Positions 12,172 to 26,321 of a stretch of DNA of 64,000 bases are shown here, piece after piece (positions within the stretch are counted from its first letter, which is position 1; each line of letters opens with the position of its first letter). Under the pieces are notes generated by a model that was given only the letters and a program-made list of their open reading frames with translations, did no database searches and had not been told where the DNA came from. Source of the stretch: Anthoceros angustus (Eukaryota; Plantae; Anthocerotophyta); the NCBI GenBank assembly GCA_010909165.1, contig VJWM01000205.1:124001-188000 (forward strand), given 5' to 3'. The position numbers and the translations under genes were made by a program.

Positions 12172-15100
12172 CTAAACTACGAATACGATGGCAGGTTTAC
12201 CAGGGGCTGGGGGCGACTGTTGCAGCATCGGAAGCTGAGGACCAGCCAGTCGCGAAGCATCTGCAGCAGTGTAGGGTAGGATTTCGATCCGGTCTAGCCC
12301 CAGCTGCTTCTGGATCAGGTGAGCATTCTCCTGCAGTACTTGCAGCTCCCCAAACGGTTGCTTTAAGTTTAAGGCCTCTCGACCTACAGCAAATGTCTCG
12401 TCCTTCTTGAATTTAATGAAGGGCATGCACTGCTTTTGTAAACCCTTCGCATCCGCAGCCAGCTCCCCAGGACTGCTTCTCAGGAGAGCCAAGATCTCAG
12501 AGTCTGTAGCGAATGTTCGAGTGGTCTCATCATAATGCTCCTTCAAAAGATTCAGACACTGAGCCTGCCACCCTTTGTACTCTTCTTCAGCAAAGATAAT
12601 GGCTGCGTTTGCTTTAGGCGCAACAACGACTGGAGCCCCCTGCTTTTGCTTCTTCGGAGGTGCAGTCTGTTTCTGATAGACTTTCCTGAACTCCGTGATT
12701 CTCTCATGGAGATATTTGTTGGCCCGTTGCAGAGTGTAGTCTGCTGCTTCAGCTGTTGGCCAGCCGGCGGTCACCGCAAAACCTTCCTTTTTTAAAACCT
12801 CCGACCAGACATACTCCGCATAGTGTGGACAAATGGGTGTGACCAGTCTTGTCTGGACGTCAATAAACCTCAGCACTAGGGACTTGTGGAGCCCTGCATC
12901 ACCACACGATACCCTGTACTCATCACGGGCTGCTTGCAGATCCCAGAACCCAGTCTTGAGTGCCTCTCTGAACATCAGTGAGCTGTAATTTTGCTCTGTT
13001 AGAGCAATAGCAATATTGATCTCATTCTCGAAAACCCTGTCGGCAAAGTTGTATTCGGGTCCCGATCGCAGTTGTTCCGCAGCCTCAAGAACTTCTTCTA
13101 TCCATGTGATCTCCTTGGTTAACCTCAAAATGGCTGAATTTGCTGTTTCAAACACGAAGTTTGCATCATCCATCGTGTCTCCTGCATCTGCCAATGCAAA
13201 TCGGGTAGCATCAGAGGAGAACTCCTCTATGGCCTCACGCAAAGTCTTGAAGTTGCCTGTGGACTTGGACATTTTCTCTGAGTTCAGGAGCAGGTGCCCG
13301 TTAGCTCTGAATGCCACTGGCCATCTCTCCTTCGGGAACATAGCTGTATGATTGTAGATCGAAAAAGTCAGATGGTTCTGGACAAGGTCCTTTCCAGACA
13401 CGCGAAGATTGAAGGGATACCAGTATCGGAACTCTTGTCTCATCTTTTCAAGAAGCCCTAAAGGGATGGGTGTTTCAGGCACAGGCCCTTCTTGGAACAG
13501 ATAATCCCAAACTTCATGGGTCATGTGCGCAGGGTCGATCAAACCTACACCTTTTCCATATAGATCTCCGCCTTGGAGGTATTGTGCAACTGTGTAGTAT
13601 GCCATATAGATAGTAGAATCTGAGAGCGATTCAACTAGAAATTGTGGATCCCATGGTATCCTTGTTCCCAAACCGAACGACCGAGAGCAAGCCCACTGAT
13701 TCAACCAACCTAGGGTGTGTTCAAATCCACGTCGGGCCTCATCATGATAGAGCTCCATGCTAGCAACGCAAGCTTCTGCCTTTTCTTTCCATTCAGGTTC
13801 CCCATATGTCAAATACCACTGATCAGTGAGAGCAACAACACACTCATCACCAGACCTGGACATAACTTTCTTCTCAGGCTCACTGTACACGACAGCCTGT
13901 CCTGTTTCAATCAACATCTTCTTGATAAGAGGCTTCGCGTGCTGCACTTTTGTGCCCATATATTCACCTATAATAAGTGTCCCATCCGTGAATCCTTTCA
14001 AATAAGTAAGCTTCTTGGCCTCTGCAAGCTTTTCCTTCTCATTTTGACTCTTGATGTTCAGATCCAAGCAAGTCTTTTCTGCAGCCTTATCCCCAAACCC
14101 TGGAATGTTAATAATAGGTATTAGATCAAAAGGGAGAACCCACTCATCCTTCACCCCAAACTTCTGACGCAGTCCAGGCTTTGACTTCAGATCCGACAAT
14201 GCCATGTAGTCGTCAGGAGCATCACTAGGCACACTTGTCACCACACCGGTTCCCTTGTCTGTAAGAATGGTGAGCATGGGAAGAGCATAAATTACGGGAT
14301 GGGATGTGAGTGGTGATTTCAAAGGCAGGCCAATCAAATCCTGTCCTACTAAATCCAGAAGGCACGTGGGCTGGTCTGGAACCCTGGAGAGGTTCTGGTA
14401 AGCAAGATTAAGAGCAGATCTCGCAGTGACCAAAAACACGTCTGTATCATTGATCTCAAACGCTCCATATTTGCCATCAGGCAGCACCCAGGCATTGGTC
14501 TGTCCATACATAGTTTCTGGACGTAAAGTAGCTGCCGCCAGAAAAACCCTTCGCCCCTCCAAGGCTTTCAGTTTCCCTGTAAACGGTGGCAGGACTTCCA
14601 TCTTTATCAGGGTGTACTCCTGAGGTTGTACTCCCTCCCCCGAGGCCCTATCATGATCAGCGCATGGCTGTCCGTCCAGAGGAGAATAGATTGCATAACG
14701 GGTATCCTTCACAACTCTTCCCTGATTCTTCAGTGTCTGAAGGTGCCACCGAACAAAAGAGTCATAGAACGGGTTTACATCCGTAGTAATAAACGATCGC
14801 CGCCAGTCACAACCCAGTCCAAACGCTTCTAAGTCCTGCTTCGCCTGAGGAGGGAAATACTCGAGCCAGTACACGGGATCAGCAAACTTGGAAATCTCGT
14901 CATCTTTCAACCCAAGAGACTGCATAATATTCCACTGATACACTTCAACTCCTGCCTTGGCTGTTGTCTTAGCCGCAGCTTTGGACTTTTTGCTCTTAAA
15001 CTTGGCCGGTTCAGCTAACTCCACTTGCTCTTCTTCTTTCGCTGGCTTCACATCCTCGGTACTAACAGCAGGAAACTGGGGGGGACACCCAAACTGCTTG

Positions 15101-15635
15101 ATCTCCCGAGCCAGCCTATCAGCGCATGCCTTCAAGACAAAAAAAAAAAAAGGCGTTCAGCTAGAACCTCGCCATCAAAACCAGACTCAAGGGAACAGAA
15201 ACAGAGAGTCAGAAATCCACCTTGATCGGCATTCCCGTGCAATGGAATCCAAAAGGCAGCAACACCCTTTCTCCCCTCAGACGATGATAAGCTGCCGCGA
15301 ACTCCAGCTGAACCGATCAGGCAGAACCAGAGTGAGCGCCTGTCAACACATGCAACCGGCAACACAAATGCGAAGCCAAAAACCCGAGTAGCACCAACCT
15401 TGCTGGCGGTGAAGGCGTGGCCCAGATGCAGCAGGCCATTCATGTAGGGGTAAGGAAAATTGCCAAAAAATTTGACCACATGATCCGGCTTCTCCGGTGC
15501 ATCCACCTCAAACACCTTGCTCTCCGTCCATCGCTTCTGCACCTTCTCCTGAATCTCCAGCAGCTTGTCACGACGCGCATGGCTCTTGATGTTCTCCAGA
15601 TTTGATGAGACTGGCGGACCCGCGGACGGCGCCAT
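12172..15635 (-). CDS. LARS: Cytosolic leucyl-tRNA synthetase, 3 exons
   Basis: HIGH-type motif [24 protein letters not shown]1 editing motifs [13 protein letters not shown] and [15 protein letters not shown], and KMSKS. Confidence 0.97.
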
Positions 15636-16366
15636 GACTGCCAGCAGCCTGGCGCCCCTCACTGAAATCCGAGATACCAGACCCACAATTGCTCAGGATC
15701 GAGCCCCAGCGTCTGCTTTCAAGCTCGGATCATCAAGCTCCAAGTTTGTAGCGCACGCATTGCTCTCGCCGCAAGCAAGCTAGGCTTCACAAGCTAGGCT
15801 CCACACGCTAACTCTCTCCTGACCCCGGTCAATTGCGACTTGACCATGGGTCAGCTGCTGGAAACCCTACAGGCGGCATACGTACTTCCATCCGGTATCA
15901 AACCGGATACATTGCCGCGATTAGGGTTTTCGGCACCGCCTGGGACTGGGGTCAGTATAGAGAAATCTGTTCGAGACTGTGCATTGCTTGTTGGCCATTA
16001 CAATTTTCTGTTTGGAAAGCAAACTGAGGTCCGAGCTTGAAATCAGCTGGTGGGTTCAGTGGCCTCAATGTGTTTTTTTCGATTGCAAGGTGAGGAAATC
16101 GCCAAACATGCCCATCGCGTATAGATGCTGGCTCACCTGGCCAAGGTGAGCGTCCAGGTGATCGACTGTGTCCAGATTGCACAAAGAAGAATGCCAATGT
16201 GGTTAGAGACTGGAAAACCTAAATTAAGGCCGTTCAAGGTCCGTGATGTCTGTCGGGTATGTACAGTTGATGGAAAGATGTAGCTACGCCACACATGCTG
16301 AACTGAATAGAAGTACGTATGCAGAGGTGGGCATTCACAAAACTTGGCAGTAGCAGATTGAGTCCA

Positions 16367-17105
16367 TCAGGCCTTTGATTTGGGAGTCCATCCAGCCAGA
16401 TCTTGAATCGAGAATTGATAGGTGTCTTCCGAACCCTTCTTCACCTCGATGCCCTTCTCAGCCAGGAAGTCTTCTACTGTGCCAGGCTCACCGAACCAGC
16501 CCTTGTGGTCTGCAACCAGATGCAAGTTCCTACAGCTAGGGCATCGCACTATCACAACACCCGTTTCGTAAGTGGATCTGCTGATCATTTTTGCAGACCG
16601 CGTGTCACACACAGTGCAGGTGTAGATCATGGCCAGATCGTGCCTTGGTGATGGGACTTGATTGTCTCCGAGCTGCCTGATGTTCTGGACTTTTTGTGGA
16701 GACTCGTGGCAGGATTCTGTGCTGCTGCTGCTCCCCTCCACCACCCAATTTGCGTCTTGACTTAAAGGCTCTGAGCTGCTGGTGTGAGCGAATCTGTGGG
16801 AGGCCAAATGGTTGCTGGGTAAGGGCAATCGTGTGAAGTCAGAACGCCGGACAGGGTTGAAGCCTGAGGATCGTGGACTGCCTCCTCCATGTGCAAATGC
16901 CTGCTGCACCGCCGCTGCTCAGGTGGCACAGCATCGATACAACCACACAGGAAGCCCTACGGGGTTAAGCACGATTTCAACGTCTCAAATGTGTAAGGGA
17001 AAAATCAAGGACCAGAGTGTGACATTAGGAGATACCAGATTTGGGGAGTCCTGAACGCTCCAGACAGATTGCCCGCAAAGAACTCAACGCCCGCCCGCGC
17101 GACAT
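16367..17105 (-). CDS. DNL-type zinc-finger Hsp70 escort protein (Zim17/Hep1/Tim15-like), 2 exons
   Basis: YTCTVCDTRS...YETGVVIVRCPSCRNLHLVADHKGWF. Upstream exon MSRGRALSSLRAICLERSGLPKS is presequence-like. Confidence 0.88.
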
Positions 17106-17330
17106 GGCACCCTGGATGGTATAACTGGGCAGTTTAACGCAACTCAATCAGGAAATCAGAAATATCGTTTAGTTTCGGAACAGGAGTGACGAGGGCACGG
17201 TTTCTGAATCTGGACACATGTGAGTACGATGAGGGATCTGCTGGAGATGCTTGTCACCAACCAGGTGGGTTTGGTGTTGGAATCAAGAGTCTCTCGCCGT
17301 ATCGGCTTGTGGTAGTGGCTTCAATTGTAG

Positions 17331-18696
17331 ATGGAGAAGGAAACATGGAGGTGGACTGTTGGAGTGCTCTACATTATTGCTGTGGCCCTCATATGGATCA
17401 CAGCCAGTTTCGTGGTACAAACAATTGTGGAAGGCGGGATATCACCCTTCTTCATCACGTACATCTGCAACAGTCTCTTTGTGGTCTACATCCCGATAGT
17501 GGAGACTGGGACGTGGCTCAAGTCCTCTGCTCAAGCTCAACGTCTGGCACAATCTTTCCAGAGGTTTTGGAACAAGCACGGGAAAGGGGAGACAAAGGAG
17601 AGGGACACTAGCCATCTGTTGGGGCAGGGACAGGTTGCTGAAGGAGCCGCTGAGCAGAATAGCGAGGTTGCAGTTGTTCAGGACGGCGATGTGTCGTTGT
17701 TGGAAGTAGAAACAGAGGCTGCCAGCAAGAATGGAGGATTGTTGAGGAAGGCAACGGCCGTTGTCAGCTTGATAATATGCCCGTTCTGGTTTCTGGCTCA
17801 GCTCACCAATAACGAGTCCCTGAAATATACCAGTGTCACGGTATTTTTGGTGGAAAATGCTCAGAGCACGTCCTTTGTTCCTGTTGCTGCCGGTTTGCAA
17901 GCCGTTGCTGACTTGTGCTCACTTGTTTGCTGCAGTCGAACACTATCTTGAGCAGCACTGCATCTCTCTTCACCTTCTTGGTGTCCCTGAAGTACTTGAA
18001 TGAGAAATACACGTCGCTTAAGCTTTTCAGTGTTCTGGCATGCATGGGGGGAACTATTGTAGTCAGTCTTGCTGACTCGAAGAAGGATAGTGAAACCGAT
18101 GCACCTAATCCGGTGTTGGGGGATATTTTTTGTTTGGTCTCAGCTTTCCTCTATGCAGTTTACACCACTCTAATGCGGAAATTCCTCCTTCCTGAGCTTC
18201 CAACTACTTTGTTTTTGGGTTATCTTGGCCTCTTCAATGGCATATTCTTCCTGCCACTCCTGCTCATTTTCCACTTCACTGGCCTGGACCCTCTCCACAG
18301 ACTGAACTTGACTCAGTTTCTGCTTATCATTGGAAAAGGTTACCTTCCGAACAGTTTACTCCCCACTGTCCACACTGCAGCATCCTCTTGTGATTCCGCT
18401 GATATCCGACTCGTTTGGCAGGGCTGATGGATAACGTGCTGAGTGACTATCTATGGGCCAAGGCTGTCCTGCTTACAAGTCCTACAGCTGCAACTGCTGG
18501 GCTAACTATCCAGGTTCCAATAGCTGTGGTGATTGATACGCTGAGAGGTCGGATTCCGGGTGCTCTGGACCTTGCTGGCGGTGTAGCAGTGTTGCTTGGC
18601 TTTATGGGTATCAACCAGCCATGTTGGGCGGAGCCTGAGGAAAATGAGGAGATAGACAAACTACCTGAAGCTGGAGATGCTCATGACGGCACCTGA
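17331..18696 (+). CDS. EamA/SLC35F5-like drug-metabolite-transporter family membrane protein, 3 exons
   Basis: About 10 hydrophobic segments with PFWFLAQLT.N.SLKYTSVT|SNTILSS and GK|GLMDNVLSDYLWAKAVLLTSPT; GT-AG introns. Confidence 0.88.
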
Positions 18697-19268
18697 CTGT
18701 ATCATTCCATCATGAATCCAATTGCTGACCATCAGCAACGGTTTCAGATGGGCCAGGGCTTCCACCTGATTTGCTTGGCCAGCTGCTCTCTTGGGTAGGG
18801 CACCTTCCCGCAGAGAGGTGAGCAGGTCCAGTTCTTTTTCTTATCAGTGTATCAGAAGTTTGACATTCTAAGGAAGTGCAGCCACGTATTGTTGGCCTTG
18901 AACTGATGACATTCCAATTCGGTGTCAGATTTAAGAAGAATGTTGAGCAGTTCTGGAATCAGATATGATGGGAACTGAGAAGGAGAGACTCGTCTCGTTA
19001 TTATCACATGGCTAAGAGGCCAGTTTTTGACTAATGCATCTTTCTTTTGTCGGGGGCACAGCCACTTTGAGGCAAAAGCATAGAAACATGTTTTCAAAGA
19101 CAGAAGTTTTAAGATAGTAGTATCACATTATACATACTTGGTTACTCCTTCCCTTCGCTAGTACCACGTACATAGGAGGTTACAGTATTCCTTCACTAGC
19201 GAAGTGAAGGCAAAGGGAGCCAAACAATGTGGACACCATTTGATGTCATTGACCTCGACTCTCAGCTC

Positions 19269-22200
19269 TTACTGGTCGTTTGTGAACTGCGTAACGTTGT
19301 AAACAAGGAATGGCGTCCTCACCGAATGGACACCATCACCCCAAGTGAGGAAACCATTTCCAACGTAAGTTGATTCCAGGGTCTTTTGAGGAGCAAATGT
19401 CACTGTGTATTGCTGAGTGTCGCCAGCTTTGGTGAAGACCAAGGTGCTGGGCTCCACGCTTATGCTGAAGAACGGAAGTGCCTGCGCTCCTGTGATAGAG
19501 TAGGTAGAACCGCGGGAGGCAACATTGGTCAAAGTCCTGGTGACCGACACTGTGCCATTCAGGCTCGAGATAGAGATGGAAGGGTAGTTGAGATTCCTTT
19601 CCGAAGGTGAACTTGATGGACATGTGACATTCTCGCCAACTACCAATGCCACCTTGCTTGAATCCGCGCTATAAAAGCTGCAAAGGTAGAGCACGTTGTC
19701 TGAAATGGTGTTGTCATAGACCAACCCTGGAGACAATGCTGCGTTGGGGTTAATCTGGCCTGAACCATAGGCCCAACCCTGATCTGTGTTCAAGGCAAGA
19801 CTTGAGTCCAAAGGCGTTGCTGCACGACCACACCAGGGGTAAGAGAAATGCAGACATTGTCGAGATTGATCACATGAATTCTTTGAAAGTGCAGTGCATG
19901 CGCAGCTATGAATGAGAGCCTTGCCTGTGGTCATGAGAGCAGACTTGATGGCAGCAGGGCTCCAAGTTGGGTTAAAGGCCTTGACGAGAGCTGCACTGCC
20001 TGCAACATGGGGGCAAGACATAGATGTGCCCGAGATGATGTTGAAGTTTACTTTTCTGGTGTCCGAGGGGCCCTCGGTAACGGGTGCCACCGGGGACCAT
20101 GCTGCGAGGATGTCTAAACCTGGGGCTGTAAGGTCAGGCTGCCAACACACACGTTGCCAGCTAAAGTATATCAGCAACACAGTTTCAAGGTCACCTGATT
20201 GCAAAGAAGAAGTGGAAGTCTTCTCATCAACCTGCTCACCTTCAGAACGTCAGAATTCAAAACCGAGGGACCTCTGGAAGAGAAAACAGCAGCCAGCGGA
20301 GCAGGTTGGTCGTTGAACACCGTCTGGCTTTTCTTGATGGTTGCTGTGGGGTTGGTGGTAGAGTTGATGTAACTGAGGATCGTGTCATGCTGGCTACCAT
20401 TTACAGCGGATGCAGCAATGGTGAAGGCAAAGCCAACGTCTGCCAAGAGGTCGGAGTTGAGAACGACACCAACCCCTCCAGCATTGCCCACGTAGGAATC
20501 GTCGTCACTGGACGTGAAATCGCACACTGCTATGGCCTTCTTCAGTTTAGAAGTGGGTATGTCGGAGCAGACACTGGGCGACACAGAATGAAATTCCACA
20601 CGTCAGCAGCATTATAGGCAAGAGACTCAGCAGGTGTTCAGGGCAAAGCAGAGACAATGAAGGTCATGGACGTGAACTTCACCCGTCTTCAGCCGTGACA
20701 AGCGGGTAGGTGTCCTTGCTCAGTGTGAAAGAGTTGATTGCTGTTCCCTGCAGGGGTCCTCCAGTCAGAATTGAGAGCGCCGGTTGAGACACAGGAACAC
20801 ATGAATTCATTCACAAGCAAGAAGCTCGCATTGCCAGGCAAGATTGATCAGTACCGCTAAAACAGTCCCATCTCCCAGAACGATATCGGCGGGGAAGTCC
20901 CGATTGACGCTACTGGCAGCGACTGTCAGGATCCAGGGGGCGGAGTTGGAGATGGTAGCGAGTCCGTAGGTACCAGAATTTCCTGCGGACGCGGCCACCA
21001 GGATGCCTTTGGCCACGGCGTGGAAGGAGCCGATGGCGATGGAGTCTTGAGTAAAGTCCTGCTCGACCGGAGCTCCCAGTGAAACCGAGATCACATCCAC
21101 CCCGTCGGCCGCCGCATCGTCGAATGCAGCCAGGATATCGGCATCAGCGCAGCCCATCAGCCAGCACACTTTGTACATAGCAACATGTGCCTTGAAAGCA
21201 CCGCCAGTAGCAGTTCCTATGAAATCACGGATGCCCGTCAGCGTCAACATTGTCAATGGCAGACTGTAGACCCCAACTTGCGTCATCCAGATGAGGAAAA
21301 CTGTACCTTGGCCAATGCCGAAGAAACTGGCATTCGCAACCTGGGAGCCAGCGGCAGTGGAGGAAGTGTGTGTTCCATGGCCTTCAGCGTCTCGGGCTGA
21401 GTCGAAGTCCTGCGAGGTGAGTCCCGACCCTGATGCTATCAGACCCTTGCTGTAGAACTTTGCTCCAATGAGTTTCCTGAATTGCACGGCAACGCTCTGC
21501 TCATCAGCCTCCCTTCCAAGGCAACGTTTCCAAGATGGGAAGTCTTTCTTCAAAGCAAACTATGAACTTCAAATGGCCGGCACTGACTTGTTGCACAGAG
21601 AGGACGGGAAATCTCTTGTGTTGGTACATCCACCCTTCCATCTTGCTGGGATTCCCGAGACGAATTGGTCATTGAAGCTCTCCGATTCCGGCCAGATTCC
21701 TGGAAGACGTTCAAGTCATTTGTGATATCTTCTGAGAACAAATGCAGACTGCAGGTTAGCTGGTGGTGAAATGGATTCATCCGATGCCTGGCTACGCACC
21801 GCTGTCCAGCAGGCCCACAATGACGGAGGCTCCACCATCGGAGAGGGCCCAAGCGGGTCCACCAGCGAGTCCCAAATACCCCGCCCAGGTGTAAGTGGTG
21901 GTCAGATGTTTAATTCCACTTGCGAATGTTGACACCACATCCGGATGCCCTGCAGGCTCATCAGATAGCGCAGTCAGATGCTATCTTTCACGAGTCTGAG
22001 GCACTTGCAAGCAGATGGCAAAACCCAATGTCCACTGCAGCTGGTGATTTCAAGCTTGTGTTGTGTTGTTCAGACAAGGTCACTCACTTCTGAGGGAAGC
22101 AGCCTGTTCGTCTGTAAGCATGGCAGCAAAGCCACTGAAGGTGTTCACGTAGTTATAGACAAACTCAAAGTCCTTGTTGAACTCGCTGTGCCACATTCAA

Positions 22201-22605
22201 GCAAGTGTAAGAGGCAATCTTCAAATTGGCCGAACCCAAATGAAATTCTTGCAAGGACATGCCACCACCTGGGGAAAACAGTTTGCACGACAGCCTGGTG
22301 ATGCGCAAGCGTCGGGGCGCGAGCACCCCCATATTTGCCCTTCCCCAAGTACACGATGTGCAGCTGCAGCGACCATGTTCAACAGTAAAATTGAGATACA
22401 TGTCTGTCCAGGGTCTGCAAATCTGTTCACCAAAAGCTTGCAAACACGACGATGCGACAAACCGTACTTTGGCTCCCCCAGTAGGAAGAAGATCACTGTG
22501 CTCTGTGCCTTGGGAGAGAGGTCGGACGATACCCGACACAGTAGAAGCAAACAAGCACAAAGACAAGGCGGCCAGGAGCATTGCTGTCCGACTTGGAGAC
22601 GCCAT
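19269..22605 (-). CDS. SBT: Subtilisin-like serine protease (S8; signal peptide, I9, PA, Fn3-like domains), multi-exon
   Basis: Hydrophobic signal peptide, HIVYLG (I9), GIWPESESF, GHGTHTSSTAAG, SAGNSG, SGTSMSCPHVAG, LNYPSI. Confidence 0.95.
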
Positions 22606-25600
22606 CTTTGCAACAGGTGGTGGCCTTTTGTATCAGAATCAGGGTGACTGAAGGTGCAGACCTTGGAAGTGTTGGAAGACCCTGCTGGAATGCAGGGATG
22701 TAAGATGAGGAAGCAGCACTACCTGCCGCGACATTTATGCTGCTGGATCCTCCCTTCCGGACGACCCGCAGCTTTGGATCAGCCGGCGGGATACATGCCA
22801 CGCCCCTGGACTTAGCCAGCTGGTGATTGGGCGGCAAAAACCTGCGGACTGGACCTGGCAGTGATACGGCCAATGATCAATGCATCCAAAAGATTAACGC
22901 GAAACAGCCGGCCATCCTCTCTTCATCGGTGCAACCGAGGATAGCAGTAGTACTGGCGATACAGTTCTGCTCTCCAGCGTCCTCCAGGTGTTCTTCACGT
23001 CTCTGCAGGCACTATGCGCTGTCGCTCTTTTGTCTCCAGATCTAGGCTGCTGCTTCACGGGATGGCATGCTACTGTGCTCCGAAGACCTGAGATGTACAT
23101 TGAATCAGGACCTGGATGGGGTGCACTTGTGAGTGCCCTCGGAATCTCTCTGGACTACTCCACAGGATATAATTGACAATCTTGACTTCAAGTACGACTT
23201 CAACACTCTCTGGAACCAGAGCAAAATGTGGAAGGAGATGTCCGAGCTCGGAGGTCGCTGTTCAGAGGAGCCTGGAGCTGGTTACAAGTGGGCATGAGGT
23301 GATGACTACTTCAGGCTGGGGAAACGACACCCATTGAAATTTCATGCCTGCATCAAGCGCCCAATGCGTGCTATCCTCCGCATTTTGGACTGTGATGGGA
23401 GAAAAGGACCCGCCAGCAACTCCTCCTGACGCCATAGGCTACCTACCTAGTACCTCCATCCGTCAACATCTGAGTATCCTTACGGGACGAGTTTGTCCTT
23501 GTAAACCATGTTACCAAATGCTCAACAACACTCCGGTGGGGGCTGGACCGCAAATGCCTCAGGGGCCAAGTTACAGCGATGGATTCGACATTCATGACTG
23601 TACACATGCATGCACCGTTCACGCGGACATGTCACAAGCTGAGAGTTCAGAGTACTTTGGCGGCACCTCGTCAGCTACACGAAGGTGTTTAGGCTCAAAC
23701 CATGAGGAGCACAAAGACTGTAAAACTCAGAGCCTCACACAATGACAAACAGAGTTACAACAGAAAGCATGAGAGATAGAACATGCTTCCATCTGTACAT
23801 ATCACTCGAAAGATCGACCCCACCCACGGAAACTGATGCGGGTCAACACTGCCCTGATACAGCTGCTCAAACAGATCTTCAGGAGCAAAGTTGGTGACTA
23901 AAGAGAAGAGTCACATGTTGAGACACGCCTGAGGCAGCAACTGTCTGGACGTAAGCTACACTCGAGCCCTGGAGTGGCGAACACAGCAGACCTCTGTGTC
24001 TGTCCTGTGAGAATCGGCTTGAGCTCTCGGGGTACAGTGCTTCAGATCGCGGTACGTGATGTGACAATTCGTTCCATGGATTCCTCGGGGAGGAAAACAT
24101 GCTACCTACAGACACAGTACCGACTCCGTGTACGCACATCTATACCCTATATGCCGTGTACGTACATTATACCCTATAGATAACCTGTACGTAGGAAGGT
24201 GGTACCAATTTACATAGTTGTGTTCACACATAGCTTGCGGGCGGGATGGTGGCTCGCAATGGCCGGCGGCTGAATCCCTTTCATCAGGCCTCTCTAGTAT
24301 TGTGTGCTGCCTGCCGGCTATGAGGGGGCTGTCTGCGATGGCGGGCTGCCGGCTGATAGGGAACTGGCGTCTGCGCGCCTGCGGGCATATTTCCTGTATG
24401 TACATGGGTATTCTAAGTTTATGGCGGCCTGAGACAAATACGTAGGCGTGTGCCATTTCCATATATCCGCTGGCGCCTCCTGATTGATCCTTACTCTTCA
24501 ATTCTCCGTGCAGGCTGTCTGGTTCCTCCTGAACTACGTGATGGCAGTGAGAATGTGCGGTCTCGCAGTTGGTGTGAGCTAGCCTGGCTAGTTGGTTGGC
24601 TCTGCAGGGTGGCGGCGAGCAGGAGCGATCATGGCAGGGCAAACTCCTCCTCCGAATCCGAGGTAATTTGGCGACCACGTTCTGATTGATGTTGCTTCCT
24701 TGGGAGCGGTTTGGCAAGAAAGGATAGTTAAGCACTTCGACGATCCCGCACTATACCTTGCGGGATCAGGTATTTGGCTTACGATGTTTTTCTGGAGAAT
24801 TATTTTTCTTTTTGAAGAATACCAAAGCTTTATGCAGATAGGAAAAATACACATGAAGCCTGGAGCATGATCGGAGGAAGAGGAGCGGAAACAAAGAGGT
24901 AGCAAGGGTGAGGAGCCACCCTGCAGGATGTGGCATTAGCAAAGGCCTAAGAGGCCGACCTGCTCGAATCAGCTGCACACAACCACATTTTTGCAAGGAA
25001 GTGCCCATCATAATCCGGAATTGGGAACTGCCCACCATTTAATCGGAAATAGTGCTCGGGGCGAAATCTCCTCACCTGTGCGCGGAGCCGTGCATGGTGC
25101 ACGATATGCTTCCTCGAGATGTCGGCTCGGGCCTTGCGATTGTACGGCTTGTAATTAGCAGGGACAAGGGATAAGGGATTTCTGGGATGTCTCTGTTCCT
25201 CCGCGAGGCGTCCATGGTGATCGCGGAGGGCAGCATTGCATCGGCGGAGGACGGAGCCAGAGAAGACGGGCGTACCTGGTCCGAGAGGGGGAGGAGGGCG
25301 GCTTGGGAGGGGGAACCCGTCCGGCCCAACGGTAATGGGGCTCACACATGAAGTAGACTTCGGTCTCAACCGTCTCCAGCCCATGGTATCCGGGTTGGCA
25401 TATGGCAAGACGCCATCTAAAACGCGCAGCGCCGGCGTCTTATATGCGGAGAGACAAGCCAGCCGGACGTATCTACGTATCTGATTCCCGTATTTGTCTT
25501 AAATTTACGACGTGATTAAAACGCCCAGCCAGACATCTTTTGTACCACGCCTTAACCCCTAATGAACGGAGGGGTTTTCCCGATTTTTCTCCTCCGTTAA

Positions 25601-26321
25601 TTGTTGGATAATATGGGAGGCGCTTGTGAATTTTTTTGTTCGTTCGGACTCCATGATAATTACGAGCATCTTGGGTTCCATGGAGGAACCTACTCTACAT
25701 CCCTTCCCAAAGTCTGGTATTTTTGAATGGAAAGTGATAGCGGGTTGAAGGTTGTGAAACTTGGGGACGGTTTGGGGAATCTTTCGCTGGTTTGCATGCA
25801 TCCGATGAGATCGCACTGACAAAACTTGGGCAGACGACAAGTCAAGTGCCTTCTTCCTTGCCATGTGCTTACATTGTTCAGATATGAAACATAGAAATTC
25901 CAACATTTTGTAGAACGTGCCATCTCCCCCCCGCTCCGGATGTGTGATTCGACCTTGGTGGGTTATGTAACCCACCTCAAAAACCAGGCGGTGTTCCCGC
26001 GCGGTGCACCTCCCACCGCCTTTAGCCCATTGTTTTGACCAGCGTGTTCAGGTGGCAGGAGCAGTGCACCATCCTGCACTAGCCCGTTCCCACCGCCCAC
26101 CCATCCGGTGTTCCAGATTCCTCTCCCGCACCACTACGGGCTCTGTGCCAACGGCCTCTGTTACACGACCGTCTTGAAGTGATGTGCAGCTGTTCACTTC
26201 TCCGTCTTCCACTTCGGTGCTCAGTGCCAACAGCCTTGGTTACACGGGCTTCTGGAGTGGCACACGTTCAGCAACCTTAACATCCATGAGCTCCCCGTGC
26301 CTGACCTCCACTCTAGTCGGC

